The position numbers and the translations under genes are program-made. Shown piece after piece: positions 12,175-25,895 of a DNA stretch of 64,000 nucleotides. Each line of letters begins with the position of its first letter. The first letter of the stretch is position 1. This stretch comes from Octopus vulgaris (Eukaryota), in assembly GCA_951406725.2 (NCBI GenBank), contig OX597816.1:118668001-118732000 (forward strand), given 5' to 3'. The notes below the pieces were generated by a model. That model saw only the letters and a list, made by a program, of their open reading frames with translations. It had not been told where the DNA came from and did no database searches.

Positions 12175-12430
12175 GAATCTCACTTTGGTTTTGACAATGA
12201 GTATTCCGGTTTTTTGATCAATGGAACTGAAGTTTATATTTATGTATGAAAGTAAAGTGGATCTCACACCCAGTTCTACAATGACAATTCCAATTATTCA
12301 AACAAATTAATTAATTAAAATGTAAGTAGCCGAGTATTCCACAGACACTTGTAGCTGTAACTTAATCCACAGAAAGTATCAGTATGAAACAGTATCTGAC
12401 AGGGGCTAGCCCTTTGAATTATAAATACAG
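12175..12430 (-). mobile_element. Degenerate SINE 3' part (family C)
   Basis: Matches 23670-23840 (gatcaatggaac, gag.a.tccacagacac.tgta, tagccctttgaa). Confidence 0.65.
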
Positions 12431-12639
12431 TATATCTAATGGGCTATCACAGAGATTCTCACAACTGAATTTCATTGACTACACTTGAGTAAATCTTAAT
12501 TGGCTGATGAGTGCTCAGCACTTTAAAACTGTTGTAATACTTACAACATTTAATAAAACGATGTAGTACGAAACGATCGTACCAAATTACCGGAGTCATT
12601 CTTGTTGCTTATTTTGATATACATATTTGTGTGTGCACT

Positions 12640-12850
12640 TGTTTTAGTCATTGAACTGCAGGCATGGTGGGTCACTGTCTTCAAGGATTTAGTTAAACTG
12701 ATCTCACTACTTTTTTTTTCAAAGCCTAGTACTAATTCTATTGGACTCTTTTGTTGAACTGCTAAGTTACAGGAGCATAAACAGATGAACACCAGTTGTC
12801 AAGTGGTGGTAGTGGACAAACACATACAAAAAAACACACACACAAATGGT
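12640..12850 (-). mobile_element. 3' half of a family-A SINE split by the piggyBac insertion
   Basis: Continues collinearly at 15574-15765 on the other side of the piggyBac. Confidence 0.8.
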
Positions 12851-12854
12851 ATAT

Positions 12855-15569
12855 CCCTTTAGTGCTCAGATTAATTTGTCAAATGTAATGCTTATCTGTT
12901 CACATTCATTTTGATTTATTCAGGTTCAAGTGGGCTGTTAATTTTCTACATACAGATTTGAAATTTTGTAACTGGGTGCTTATGAGCCAGTGGTTTATAA
13001 TTACGTAATTTTAGCTGATCTTTCTGACTAAATTTGACTTTTATGGGCTGGTAAAATTAATTAACATGTGTAAAAACAATAACATTATGAATAAACACTA
13101 AAATTCATATTCGTAATACATCTTACCTGTTTGGTTTGCTGCTAAAATTATCCCAGATGTCAACGGCCAACAATTTTACATTTTTCAAGATGAGGTACAT
13201 TAATTTGAATTAATTAAAATACAGGTGTAATCGGTACAAGATTTTACTCTTTCTCTATATTTCATTCAAACGTCATAATTGAAAAGAAAGTACAAAACTC
13301 TTTTACTAGTCAATATACCATTGGCTATGCATTCTTATACAATTTAACTAATTCATTCACGTAACAGAATGCATCTAATAAAAAAATCTCATTAACAGGT
13401 GAGACAAAGGTGAATACAGGTGTTGTAACATACTGAAAATTAATATGTAGTTCTCACTTTCACATATATAATAAAATGAAAAGGAATATGCAAAATTATA
13501 CACTTATGGCATATTTCTGTCGTGAAATTGTCCAAAGCACCCTTTACACAAGGGCACTTGGCAAAACGAACACATATATGAGGCCTCGACCTGGTACCCT
13601 TTCGCAGTTTTTCTTTTTTGCAGCGAACACAGTCTGCAAACTCTTTTTCATCCGTTTATTTTTTCGACTTGATGAAAGTTAATATTGACATCCACCTCAG
13701 TTAATTTTGCTTTTCTCCCAGTTCTGTGCTTTCTAGAAGAAAAGCCCTCACGTAACTGATATGCGATGTCAACCCGAAATTTCAAGTGGTCGTAGTCTTT
13801 CGGTGGCGGAGGTACTTTGTGGCTTTTTACATATACAATGTGTGCATTTACTATAGTTGAATTAACTAAAAACCACAAAATGTACCTCCACCATTTCTTC
13901 TTAGGTCGACCAACTGGGTAATATGCCCGATATTGGTCGGATTTATCTACCCCACCCATATATTTGTTGTAACAAATATTCACGAGGGATTTCCCCTCAG
14001 CACCAACACTAGGTTGTTCGTTAGAAGACAGAAATAAAATCTGTCTTTTGTCTTTAAAAGCAGTAACTAATAAATTTTCTTTTTGCATTTGCAAAATGTC
14101 CCCACTTTTTTTTAAAATTTTGTTTTTATTTCATGGGGTAAACCTTTACGGTTTCCCATAACAGTACTGCACATGTAAGTGCTTACACGGGCAAGATTTT
14201 CAGCCAAAGCCACCGAAGAAAAAAAAACGGTCGAAATAGGTGTCGGTGCTGATGGTGAAAAGGTTGGGTAAGAGACCATACAACATCATGTCCCAATCCA
14301 TGCGGTCTTTTCCTATTATACTTCTTACTTGTGTAAACATCGAAGTTTACACAGTATCCCGTCTCCGATTCACAAACTTCCCTTACCTTGATCCTCCATT
14401 TAGTAGGTTTGGCAGGCATGTACTGCCGAAAATGTACTCTGTCCTTATAGCCTATCATGGCTTCATCTACACTGAGATTTTTCCCATGTAAATAAACAGT
14501 TTTATAATTATTTACAAGTAAATCTATCACGGGACGTACTTTGTACAGGGAATCGTAGTTTGGGTCGTTTTTGTTGGGGGCATTGACAGAATCTGTTAAA
14601 TGCAAATACTGAGATATTTTCGAATACCTCGTCTTCGACATGATGCTCGAAATATATGGGTCGCCATACATCGGGACTCCAATAGTTCCACAGTCGATGA
14701 AGCTGTTTAACTACAAACATAATGTTAATTGTGAAAAATGCTCTCATTTCCGCTGTATTAGATGGCTGCCATAGAGGATCGTTTCTTCTTCGAACAGAAA
14801 TTAAATGTTGCGCATATTTGTTCGTTTCCTCCGCAACATTTTCAAAAAAAAACTTTCAGGCAAAAATAAAAATAGATAGTCCAGTGGTTGAGCATCAGGA
14901 GGTAAATTATGTTGTGGATCAGTGTTGTCTGTAAAATCAGAAATTGTATTTGGTGACGTAATTTTCGACCATGTTGCCTTTTTTTTTTTAAGGCTCAGCT
15001 CAGAGCTGCGGCCATGATGATGCACTGCCGTTTACAATATCGTTTTCGTCACTTTCGTTATCGAAATCTTCTTCGCCCGACGAGTAATCACTGATATCAA
15101 TATCAGATTCATCCGAAGTCAAAATACTTTTGTTTTCGTTGATATCTTCAATATAATCAATAGTAAAACCTTCAAAGTCGGAATCGCTACTTGCTGACGC
15201 TATTTCTTTCACAACAAACGACACCTCTCTTCAAACGTGGAAATAACCGATATTTTTATTACCCATGGGGGTTTACATAAATGGGGACAACACAACATGA
15301 TTTGGGGTCATGTGATACAAGTAATTAAAAACGAATGAATACAACTATTTACAGTAAAATCGGATGGTGGTCTAAACAATTTCATAGTATTTATACTTGA
15401 ATAAAGGCGGGAAATGCTTCATCTCGCATTATCTCAAAGCTACGAGAATTCAATAACGTGATTTGTTTATTTTTTTTAGTGATTTCATAGAGCAGTCGGA
15501 TACGGCCGGATTTGGCCGGTTTGAACAAATAAAGGGGAATTAGTTTTGGCCGGCTTGAACACTAAAGGG
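12855..15569 (-). mobile_element. Full-length degenerate piggyBac transposon
   Basis: TIRs CCCTTTAGTG / CACTAAAGGG; ATAT on both sides (12851-12854, 15570-15573); contains a transposase pseudogene. Confidence 0.95.
13504..15266 (-). pseudogene. piggyBac transposase (PGBD4-like), frameshifted
   Basis: Acidic N-terminus SSSDSDFEGF, SVDEAM, QYMPAKPTKW, YNKYMGGVDKSDQ, KKWWR, and Cys-rich tail RVCRLC..YMCSFCQVPLCKGCFGQFH after a TGA; several frameshifts. Confidence 0.95.
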
Positions 15570-15573
15570 ATAT

Positions 15574-15765
15574 ACATGCATATATATATATACATACACA
15601 ACGGGCTTCTTTCAGATTCTGTCTACCAAATCCACTCAGAAGGTTTTGGTCAACTTGGGGCTAGAGTAGAAGGCACTTGCCTAAGTTGCCACACAGTGGA
15701 AATAACCCTGGAACCACATGGTTGGGAAGCAAGTTTCTTACCACACAGCCACACCTGCACCTATA
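15574..15765 (-). mobile_element. 5' half of the split family-A SINE
   Basis: cttctttcag..tctaccaaatccactc..ttaccacacagccacacctgcacc matches the reverse complement of 5012-5175. Confidence 0.85.
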
Positions 15766-15774
15766 TATATATAT

Positions 15775-17180
15775 ATGATGCTTGGACAGAGATGTGTTGA
15801 TGTATGTTGTGTGCAAGAGGTGAGGTGGAGAGGAGCTTCAGCCAGAGTTTTTACAGGCAAAGCATGTAGGTATAAACTCTTCTGGGAAGGTAATAGTGAT
15901 GGAATAGGGGGTGTGGGCATACTTCTTGCAGTGAAATGGGTAGATAAGGTCATAGAGGTAGTGAGGGTGTGTGATAGAGTACTCAAACTCAGGCTAATCT
16001 TGCAGATTGGTATGGCTACAATTATCACTGCCTACACCCCACAAGTGGGTCTACCAAATGAACAGAAGGATCACTTTTATGATATTCTTCTGCAGGCTAC
16101 CTCAAAGATGAGTGATAATAATCTCATCTTTGTGGCAGGAGATTTTAATGGGCATGTCGGACAGCAACCTAGTATCTCCCATGGTGTACAGTGAGGCCAT
16201 GGTGTTGGTACCAGAAATGAAGAGGGAACTAGGCTCCTGGAGTTCTGTGATGCAAATAACCTATTGATCTGCAACACCATCTTCAGGAAACCAGCTAGTT
16301 ACCTGATAACCTATCAATCAGGTGACTCTGCTAGCCAGATTAATTTTATTCTCATCAGACAGCAGGATGCATGGCTGCTCTTAAATACAAAGACCCTCCC
16401 TGGTGAAGAATGTATCCTGCAACATAGACTAGTTATTAGAGACTTGAGGCCAGAAGGATGCCAAAAAGCAGGCCAGTCTGGAAAAGAAGGACTTGGAGGC
16501 TTAAGAACCCTTCACATGGTCAGAGATTTAGGTATATCCTTACCGTGAAATTCGATGATAGTGAGGAGGAGCTAGACCTGTGACAGAAAAGGCAGCTGGG
16601 AATTCCTGTGGGACAGCTTGCTGACTGCCACAGACCAAATCTGTGGCTGGTGCAAAGTCCCTTCCAGACCTAGGGTAACATGATGGTGGAACAATACTGT
16701 AAACAGGGCCATTAGAGCAAAGAAACAGGCTTCAAAGGCCAGGAAGAGTGGGAGTAGCAGGAGAATGTATCAGATATCCAAAAGGGAAGCTAAGAGACAG
16801 GTATATATAGCCAGGGGAGTAGCAGAAAAGAAGTTTGCCAATGTTCAGTGACGCGAGGACCAAAGAACTGAAGTATTTCAGATTGCAAGACAGTGTGTGA
16901 GAGAAAACCGTGATGTCATAGGAGAGAAATGTGTCTGCATGGATGATGGTGCCCTTGCATTTAATGATTCTGCAAAGAAAGAGGCTAGGAGATGCCATTA
17001 TGAAAGACTGCTGAATGTGGAGAATGAATGGGAGGTGGAGAGTCTGCCAAAGGTTGACTCAATTGAGGGACCAGCTATCCGAATCTACAGTACCCTGGTA
17101 GATAAAGCAATTAAGGATATGAAGACATAGAAAGCATCTGGCCCATCAGGAATCACTGCTGAGATACTTAAAATATTGAG
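15775..17180 (+). pseudogene. RTE-clade LINE fragment: AP endonuclease to start of RT, decayed
   Basis: VDVCCVQEVRW, GVGILL, AYTPQVG, AGDFNGHVG, later WWN and KASGPSG motifs; many stops. Confidence 0.93.
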
Positions 17181-17360
17181 CTGTGTGCAGTATTTCGTCC
17201 GTCTTTATGTTCTGAGTTCAAATGCTGCTGGGCTTGACTTTGTCTTTCATCCATTTAGGGTCGATGTAATAAGTATCTGATGAACACTGGGGTCAAATGT
17301 AATTGATTTGGCCCCTTTCCCAAAATTGCTGGTCTTGTGCCTAAATTTGAAACCAATAAC
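17180..17360 (+). mobile_element. Meta-type SINE (family D), partial
   Basis: gagttcaaat B-box and gactttgtctttcatccatttagggtcgat; same unit as the array at 34511-35950. Confidence 0.75.
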
Positions 17361-18158
17361 AGCATATTTTAAATTTTCTTTCACATTCATAAGAAGTAGA
17401 TTCATGTAAACTGTCTAATGAATGATATAGAAAATGGGGAAAAAAAAAGGATAAGAATAAAGAAAAGAAAAAATAACAGAAAATGGATTTAAAATCTTGA
17501 ATTGTTAATGATTAAGTAACAGAGAAATACTGAAATTAGTTTGACAATAGTTTTGTTGAAACAAATAGAAATCTTAGCTTTTTATTCAATGATAATTTAG
17601 TCAGTCACTCATTGTTTTATAATTTAGTAATGACAAATACATACATTTATTCAAATTCAACACACTCACACACACATATATATATATATATATACATACA
17701 TATAAATATATATATATATATATATGCAAATACACACATATACACACAACACAGGGCCTAAATCATTTTGAAATCATATCATTTAAGCAGCTGATGTCAG
17801 AAAATATTCTGGTTGTATCAGACTGGATTTTGTTGTTATTGCATTTCTGCTTGTTACTGACAAGTGGTAGTTTGTGGTCTTGCCTGTTTTGTTTTTGCTG
17901 TTTTGGTGTGCTTTGCTGGGATTGTACAGGTTCTTAGGTCATTGCTCCAAGGTGAAGTTAGTAATAGGGTTAGATATATAATATGTATAATTTTATTCAA
18001 ACAGTCTGTAAATAACTAGTTTAGCATGATCAAATTGCTAATATAATGCAAATACATACATACCTATATATATATATATATATATATACACATACATACA
18101 TACCTATATATATATACACATACATACATACCTATATATATATACACATACATACATA

Positions 18159-18204
<46 letters not shown>

Positions 18205-18424
18205 TAAAATCAACATTATTTAACATCTACTTTTTCATGCCAGCAGGAAATCAACAATGGCCAAATGTTCTGGTTTCAAGTAAGTCAATATTTCCCCATG
18301 ATCATACATGTTTTCACAGAATACTAGAATTGAAAAATACAGCTTCCATTACGGTGACACTTGTTTACAACTATCTCATGATGTTAAGGCAAGGAAACAG
18401 TAAGACATACACATTCATATATAT

Positions 18425-18656
18425 CTTACCTTTTAGTTGTTTCAGCCATTAGACTGTGGCCATGCTGGGGCACAACCTTGAAGAACTTTTACTCGAATGA
18501 ATTGATCCCAGTACTTGCTTTTTGTTAAGCCTAGTACTTATTCTATCGCTCTCTTTTTACTGAACTGCTAAGTTACAAGGATGTAAACACCCCAACACCA
18601 GTTGTCAAATGGTGGTTAGGGAAAAAGTACAAACACAAAGGCACACACACAAACTT

Positions 18657-18687
<31 letters not shown>

Positions 18688-19087
18688 CTCTTTTACTCTT
18701 TTACTTGTTTCAGTCATTTGACTGTGGCCATGCTGGAGCACAGCCTTTAATCGAGCAACTCGACCCCGGGACTTATTCTTTTGTAAGCCCAGTACTTATT
18801 CTATCGGTCTCTTTTGCCGAACCGCTAAGTAACGGGGACATAAACAAACCAGCATCGGTTGTCAAGCAATGCTAGGGGGACAAACACAGACACACAAACA
18901 CACACACATACATATATATATATACGACAGGCTTCTTTCAGTTTCCGTCTACCAAATCCACTCACAAGGCTTTGGTCAGCCTGAGGCTATAGTAGAAGAC
19001 ACTTGCCCAAGGTGCCACGCAGTGGGACTGAACCCGGAACCATGTGGTCGGTAAACAAGCTACTTACCACACAGCCACTCCTATGCC

Positions 19088-19133
<46 letters not shown>

Positions 19134-19478
19134 TATAAAGACATGTAAGTGTATTTGGTTGATGGAAATTGAAAGCAGCCTGTCATATACATACATACAT
19201 AATACATATATATATATATATATATATAAATATTTGTTGTGCAAGATTTTTTATTGGCTAAACTGGCAAAATGACCATTCTGAAGTATAACAATATATAT
19301 ATATATATATATATGACAAGCTACTTTCAATTTCCATCAACCAAATACACTCACATGGCTTTGGTTGGCCTACAGCTATAATAAAAGACAGTTGCCTAAT
19401 GAACCATGCAGTTGAATTGAACCGGAGACCATCTGCTTGGGAAGCAAACTTCTTACCATGTAACCACACCTCTGCTTA
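18425..19478 (-). mobile_element. Stack of family-A SINEs (complete young copy 18690-19090) with (TA)n tracts
   Basis: Reverse complement of 18690-19090 aligns end to end with 5012-5410. Confidence 0.88.
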
Positions 19479-19807
19479 TACTCTGGACTGGCTTAAATAA
19501 ATTAATGCTCTGTACATGACTCCACCTCCAGCATTACAGCATTATCCCAGTTTGATTTCATTCCCAGCAACTACTGCAGCATCCTAGTATGATTCCATCC
19601 TTAAAGTATCTCCCCTGTAAGATTCCACCCCCACCCCAACAATTTTTGCAGTCTTCCTGTATGACCCCCACTCCCAGCAATTACTTCAGAATCCCACTGT
19701 GACTCCTCCTCCTTGTAAAACAAACAGAAGCTTAATGTCAAGCTAAGTAAATGTAACCATACCCATAGCTAAACAGAGAGCAATAGCTACCATGAATAAA
19801 GACAAGG

Positions 19808-20018
19808 TCAAGATGGCAAGCTGGCAGAATCATTAGCATGTTGGACAAAAATTCTTATCAGCATTTCATTTGTCTTTACTTCCTGAGTTCAAATTCTACC
19901 AATGTTGACTCTGCCTTTTGTCCTTTCAGGGTCAATGCAGTAAGTAGCAGTCAATGTAATTGACTAGCCCCTCTCCTCCAAAAGTTAATATCTTTTACCT
20001 ATAGGAGATAGGATTATT
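19808..20018 (+). mobile_element. Meta-type SINE (family D)
   Basis: aagatggcaagctggcagaatcattagc...gagttcaaattc...gccttttgtcctttcagggtcaat...ggattatta. Confidence 0.8.
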
Positions 20019-20819
20019 AATGATATAAGGGTACTACCCAACATAGGCAGAACTGAATTAATATAACAGAAAGAAGATAATCTTTGTATCAGCAGTTCAA
20101 TATTAGAACAATAGCTTTAATAATACCTACGTAACATGACATGCAGAACATGTCAATTGATTTATGGAGGATGAATGCTGGATAAAAAAAATTCTGTTAA
20201 CTGGCACTTGAAGATACATGCAGTACTAAAAGAGCAAGAAATGGGAAGAAGTAGTGAGGTTTACAGTTACAAACTTGAGGTGACAGGCCTCAAAGATGTG
20301 ATTAAAAAAAACATGAAAATAAGTAGACCTATCTCACCCAATGCCACATGGAAAAAAATGATGATGATGATGATATGATATACACAAGAATGTATATATT
20401 TAAGTTTCAGTATAAAATAATTTTAAGTGTATAGTCCCTAAAGAGAGCACGTGTATCTAACAACCAGTTTTAACCTAACTTATCTAGGTCAAAATCATGA
20501 TCCGTCAGTTCTCAAATGTAATTGTTTTCTCAAAGGGTTATAACACCAACATTATTTTTAGAACAAGGCTAAAAATATACTTACAGTTCCTTGGCCCATT
20601 ATTTTACAATATTGCCATAGTGAAAAGGATAGAAAAGCAATAACAATGGCATTACTCAATCCTATATAAAACATAGTTTTATATCACTGTTGTCATTTAA
20701 CCACAGGTCAAGTCTGATCAAGACATTCCTGTCACAACCATTTTCTTTTGTTCAGTGCATCTACAACTACATTATCATAAATGTTTTCTTTGATTAAACA
20801 AAGCTCACTATGTGTGGAG

Positions 20820-22490
20820 AATCTTTCCCATGTCCCTAAACTGGTTAGTATTTATCCAGTAACGCAATTATTTGAACTACAAAAATGACTTCATGCATCA
20901 CATAACCATCAAGCTATACCCTTCTCTAAACTGCAACCAATCCTTGTCGAAAGAATACCCACCAACTTTGCATAATCCTTTTCCACAGCCATTTCACAGT
21001 AAAGATAGTTGTATGTGTACTACTCCCACAGAGAAAGCCACCACCTTTGGTACCTAGCCAAAGATGGAAGTACATCATCTTGCATAAATACATGTCAAGT
21101 GTAAAAGTATATCTGGTCACATATAATCAAAAAAGGTTACAGAGTCAAATAATGTCCCACCCATTACCCTAGAGCTGACCCTATACTCACCAAACTCTTT
21201 GATTTCCCTCTCTTCACAGGAATCTACCCTGATATTTAGAAACAGTGTATCTCATCTCCAAGAAAGTCAACCCCTCTGATTCTACTAGCTATTGCCCTAT
21301 TTCACTTACTTCCAATGGAGACAGTCACTTACAATATCATCCAACACACTGAATCTTATTCTCTCCTACAAGACCACCAATACAATTTCTATTAAACCAG
21401 ATCCAATGCTCACTTACTCTTTTATATCTTTCAAGGAGCTCTGACCTTGGAGAAATTTAGTGAAAGTAATATTGTCACCCTAAACATCAGCAAAGCTTTC
21501 AAATATATCTGGAATGCAAATCTCCTATTGAAGCTGCTCACATATGGGGTCCACCTGTCTCTCATTTCTTGGATTGGTAGCTTCCTATCAGACTGCATTA
21601 TGGCATGTGTTGCTTGAGCTCTTTCTGCTCCTTCTTCATTCTATCAATCCTGGCATACCACAGGGTTTGGTTTTACACCCTACTTTCTTACTTATATACA
21701 TATCAATAACCTACTTGCCATCATGTTCAATGATGTCTACTGTTACACATATGATAATAACCTTTATTCTTCCCTAACCTTCCCCAGCTCTGCATCACTC
21801 ATTCATAACTTTGACACCACATGCCAAACTCACACTGATTCTATGAGCAGAGATCTCAAAATTATCTTCCAATGGGGGTATACCAAACTTTTCTTTTTCA
21901 ACAACAAAATACAAATGCTATTTATTTCAAGAAAACACCATTGCAGCACCTTTCCTAACCATGAGCAGTACATACCAGAGCCTTTAGGACTGCTTTAGAT
22001 GTTGGCCTCATTATTACTAAGGACCTCTTCTAGTGAAAGTACATCCTTAATATATCTAAGCTGGCCATTTACTGCATGTGATCTAGAATGTTTGTGTGTA
22101 CAGTATTTTTCCTGGTTCCATTCCATGGTGGGCTTCTCTTGAGCCTTGTAGAATATTGATAATTGTTAAGAGCAGAAATATCTTTTAGTCTTGAAGTGAA
22201 CATATAAAATCTCTCATAAACATGCTGTAGTCTCAGGTCTATAGGCATGCTGTTGTCTCCCATGCCTATATATAATGACTTCTGCTCCTCAAAACTGGTT
22301 GGGCTCATTCCCTATGTCCTCCTCTCATCTCCCTTGTTTTGTGTCCCCTCTCCTTTGCTTTCCATTAATCACTACGCCCAGTCTTTCCTTCACAGCATTC
22401 TGGAACTCCCACCCTGTTTATGTCTCTCATGCAATGGTTCCACAAGACCAATGGCATCAACCTCACTAGTTTTGAAGGCTTTCTGAAAGT
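20820..22490 (+). pseudogene. Highly decayed CR1/Jockey-group LINE reverse transcriptase
   Basis: Remnants NISKAF (DISKAFD), PGIPQGLVLHPTF (GVPQGSVL.P.LF), YTYDN (YADD); C-rich plus strand. Confidence 0.75.
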
Positions 22491-23097
22491 TATGGGTATT
22501 CCTCTATATCAGTAAGTAGATGAGAAAAAAATTGAAAAATATGGTAGAGTGATTTGAAGAAGATTTGGTTTGTTATTTCTAACAGTAGATTAGATGATTA
22601 CATAGATACTTCTATTTTGGTCTGTGTTGATATGAATACATATTTAATCTCTCATCAGTTCTTTCTGTACAAGCCATGTAACCCTAAAAAATTGAATGCA
22701 TTATAGAATGGTGAAGACTAATCTTATGAGGTACAAGGCAACCCTGCTTGTGTTGATGCTATTATAATTCCATTCAGGACAGACCCTCTGTAAAGTGAAT
22801 GAGTGGAGAAGTGAAGCTGAGGAGACTCTTTAACCCTGTACAAAACATAATTCTGCCTAGTGTTGGTACTATGATAAAATGTGCCTAAGTCCACTCTGTT
22901 AAGTGTGGGGTTGAAGATGTGATAATGTCTTTAGGGCTGGTGTCACAATAAAATGTGATTGATATTAGGAAGGACCTCCAGTAGTAAAAACCAAGTTAAA
23001 AATATGAAATTCATGAGAAGGCTGTTATCCTCTGACCTATCCAATGATGTCAGCATGAAAAGCAGATAAAATGATGACAATGATATTCTTTTTTGGA

Positions 23098-23520
23098 TTG
23101 ATTACCTTATAGTTGTGGAACTTCATACCCCAAAGCCCCAGTGAAGCTTAAATCTCGTGGTTAGGGCCACCCAAGCCAGACAGATCAAAGGGTAGAAGAC
23201 TGACAAATCACATTCCACTAGACTTCCAGACTGAGGTTTGGGCACAGGATTAACTACCCTGTCTCATAAGAAATAGTTTTGTTATACAAAAAGCAGAAAA
23301 AAAAAACTTACACAGCTATATGTAATGGGCTGGAAAGTTCTCCTGTGAACAGCAGAAGTGAAAGTTGAAAGAGATCCATTGAGAGGACAAAACAAGGAAG
23401 AGAGCTTGAGACTAGGAACCATATCTGGGAAACCATTGAGAAGCTGGTCCAGAAAGACCAAGAGTGGTGAACTTTCATTCCTGCCCTACATGCAGGAATT
23501 GCAAGAATGGGTGAGTGATA
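23098..23520 (+). mobile_element. Bipartite RTE-derived non-autonomous retroelement (RTE 5' UTR joined to RTE 3' end)
   Basis: 5' part gttagggccacccaagccagacagatcaaaggg...ttgggcacaggattaactaccc resembles RTE 5' UTRs; 3' part reads WETIEKLVQKDQEW*TFIPALHA, like the RTE ORF C-terminus. Confidence 0.6.
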
Positions 23521-23669
23521 TTTCCATAAATTACTATATTGTTAATATTATATTTATTACTGAATAAACAAGGTAGAATATGAAAATAAGTGTAGCATTA
23601 TTCCATCACAAATCTAAGATAAATTAGAAAACAGTGACACACAAACATATATAATGTGTAAATATAAAA

Positions 23670-23982
23670 CTGGCACTCCAGTGGTTACAACAATGCGGGT
23701 TCCAGTTAATCTGATCAATGGAACAGCCTCCTTGCAAAATTAATGTGCAAGAGGCTGAGCACTCCACAGACACATGTACCCTCAACATAGTTCTCAGGGA
23801 GATTCAGCGTGACAAGATTAGCCCTTTGAAATACAGGTACTGCTCATTGTTGCCAGCTGAGTGGACTGGAGCAATGTGAAATAAAGTGTCTTGCTCAAGA
23901 ATGCAATGCACCACTTGGAATTGAACTCACGACCTTGCAATCATGAGATGAATACTCTAATCACTAAGCCATACACATTCAC
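23670..23982 (-). mobile_element. tRNA/CORE-type SINE (family C)
   Basis: Minus-strand head tggcttagtgattagag...gagttcaattcc, CORE ttgagcaagacactttatttcacattgctccagtccactcagctg, distinct 3' tail. Confidence 0.85.
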
Positions 23983-24944
23983 TGCAGTAAATATAATGTG
24001 TAAATAAAGATTAAATATATTTACTAAAGAAAATGTAAAACATAGTGTTGCACATAATATATCAGTTCACTTGTAAAGATTTTGTTCTTCATTTTGGTGT
24101 TGTTTAGCCCACATCAAGAATTCCAGCCATGATGGTCATGTTCTTTATTTTATTAAACTATTGAAATTATCATGAGAGGAATGCAGAAAGTGGGCATAAC
24201 TTTTATTATAAACAGACACAGGTTGCTTGACTTGCACATGTTGGTAGATTAAATCTTCTTTAGCACCTCTTTTTGTTCTTCGTTGCAGGCAAGTAATCAG
24301 GAAAAGGGTCTTCTGATAATAGGTCATGTGATATTTTATGACTGAAGCATTACTTATAAAACATATTGGTCAATACATTCAAACGCTACGGAAATTTCTT
24401 AAACTGACCAAGCAAAAGGACAATTTTACAGTTGTTATTAGTAAGTTTTTTTGGCATGTAGTTTTAGTACAAAACAGCTAAATTGAGTAAATCCATTTTC
24501 ACACAATATTTTGAAAATGATATTACTTAGTCAAAACAGCAACAACTAGTACTGAAAATTAATTTGATGTTTTTCCCCTCAGGATATAGAAAATAATGAG
24601 AAAAAATATTTTAATTTCACTTTAGATGATACAGATATCAGTATTTTTGTTGTCAACAGTAGTGAGAAAGATATTTGTATAAACAAGTGGAATCAATGAT
24701 GGTATGACAGAAATATCCCTGAGTTGGCAAGAGTAACAGAAAATGAAAGGCAAGACAGAGGTAGATTCTGTTTAAAGTATACATTTCCATGCGTATTTAT
24801 AAACATCAACCAATTTAAAATGCTTGATGCTAACTGTAGAAGAAATGAGAGCAGTTTCTTTTTTAGATTGTATGATTGTCCAGCAACATCTTATAATCTA
24901 TAATGAATTACAGATCTATTATTGTACTGTGTCTCTGGAAAGTT

Positions 24945-25125
24945 AGAATGTTTTATGTTCAAACTGGCCAGATGTGGCTCTCACACCAACCCTACAATAT
25001 CATTCTAAAAATTCACAGTTACCTCATCAAAATCTCAAAGCTACAAGATAATGTATGATTAATTCAAAACAATGTGAATATATAAGCATTAGTTTTGACA
25101 GAACAATGTGATTGCTAAAGAGTTA
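24945..25125 (-). mobile_element. piggyBac-derived MITE, partial
   Basis: Ends ...tgctaaagag-TTAA; interior matches 10360-10534 and 60243-60457. Confidence 0.75.
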
Positions 25126-25189
25126 AGGATATCATTTTTATCATACTAATTAAGTCAGTCAACACACTTCTCAATGAATAACCATGGAC

Positions 25190-25895
25190 GGATCTTTTCC
25201 TTTTGAACGGCAGTTTTCAACACAATTTCTACTTAACTAAACACTTTTAAACTTTGTATATTGGTAGAATGTGTCAAAATAAAACATTTTTTTCTCTTGG
25301 CTTTCTTGAGAAAATTGTAATTTGTAAGTTTAACGTAGTTTAATTTTTCGAATTTTAACCAATCAATGGCCTCTATTGAGCTAAAATCATTTGCTGCGTC
25401 TAAAACTGAGACAACATCCTGTCACTGACCTTAACCCTAACCCTAAATTTTAGCCTTTCGTTTTTTTTTTCTTAATTGTTACGCGTGTGTCTAAAATTAT
25501 TCGTTTTGTTTTTGTTTTGAGATACACGTGTATTGTTTAAACTATTTTCCATTGCTTAAGAAAAAAAAACAAAAGGCTAAAATGAAAGCAATGGAAAATA
25601 ATTTAAACAATTAACAAACAAAATAATTCTATAATTTTATACACACGCTTTCCGTATGTAAACATAACAGTGACAGGATGTTGTCTCAGTTTTAGACGCA
25701 GCAAATAATTTTAGCTCAATGGAGGCCATTGATTGGTTAAAATTCAAAAAATTAAACTACGTTAAACTTACAAATTACAATTTTCTCAAGAAAGCCAAGA
25801 GAAAAAAATGTTTTATTTTGACAGTATACGAAGTTTAAAAGTGTTTAGTTAAGTAGACTTTGTGTTGAAAACTGTCGTTCAAAAGGAAAAGATCC
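25190..25895. mobile_element. Fold-back DNA element with ~230-bp TIRs
   Basis: GGATCTTTTCCTTTTGAACG...CATCCTGTCACTG (25190-25427) mirrored at ~25668-25895; terminal fragment repeated at 36133-36210. Confidence 0.92.
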
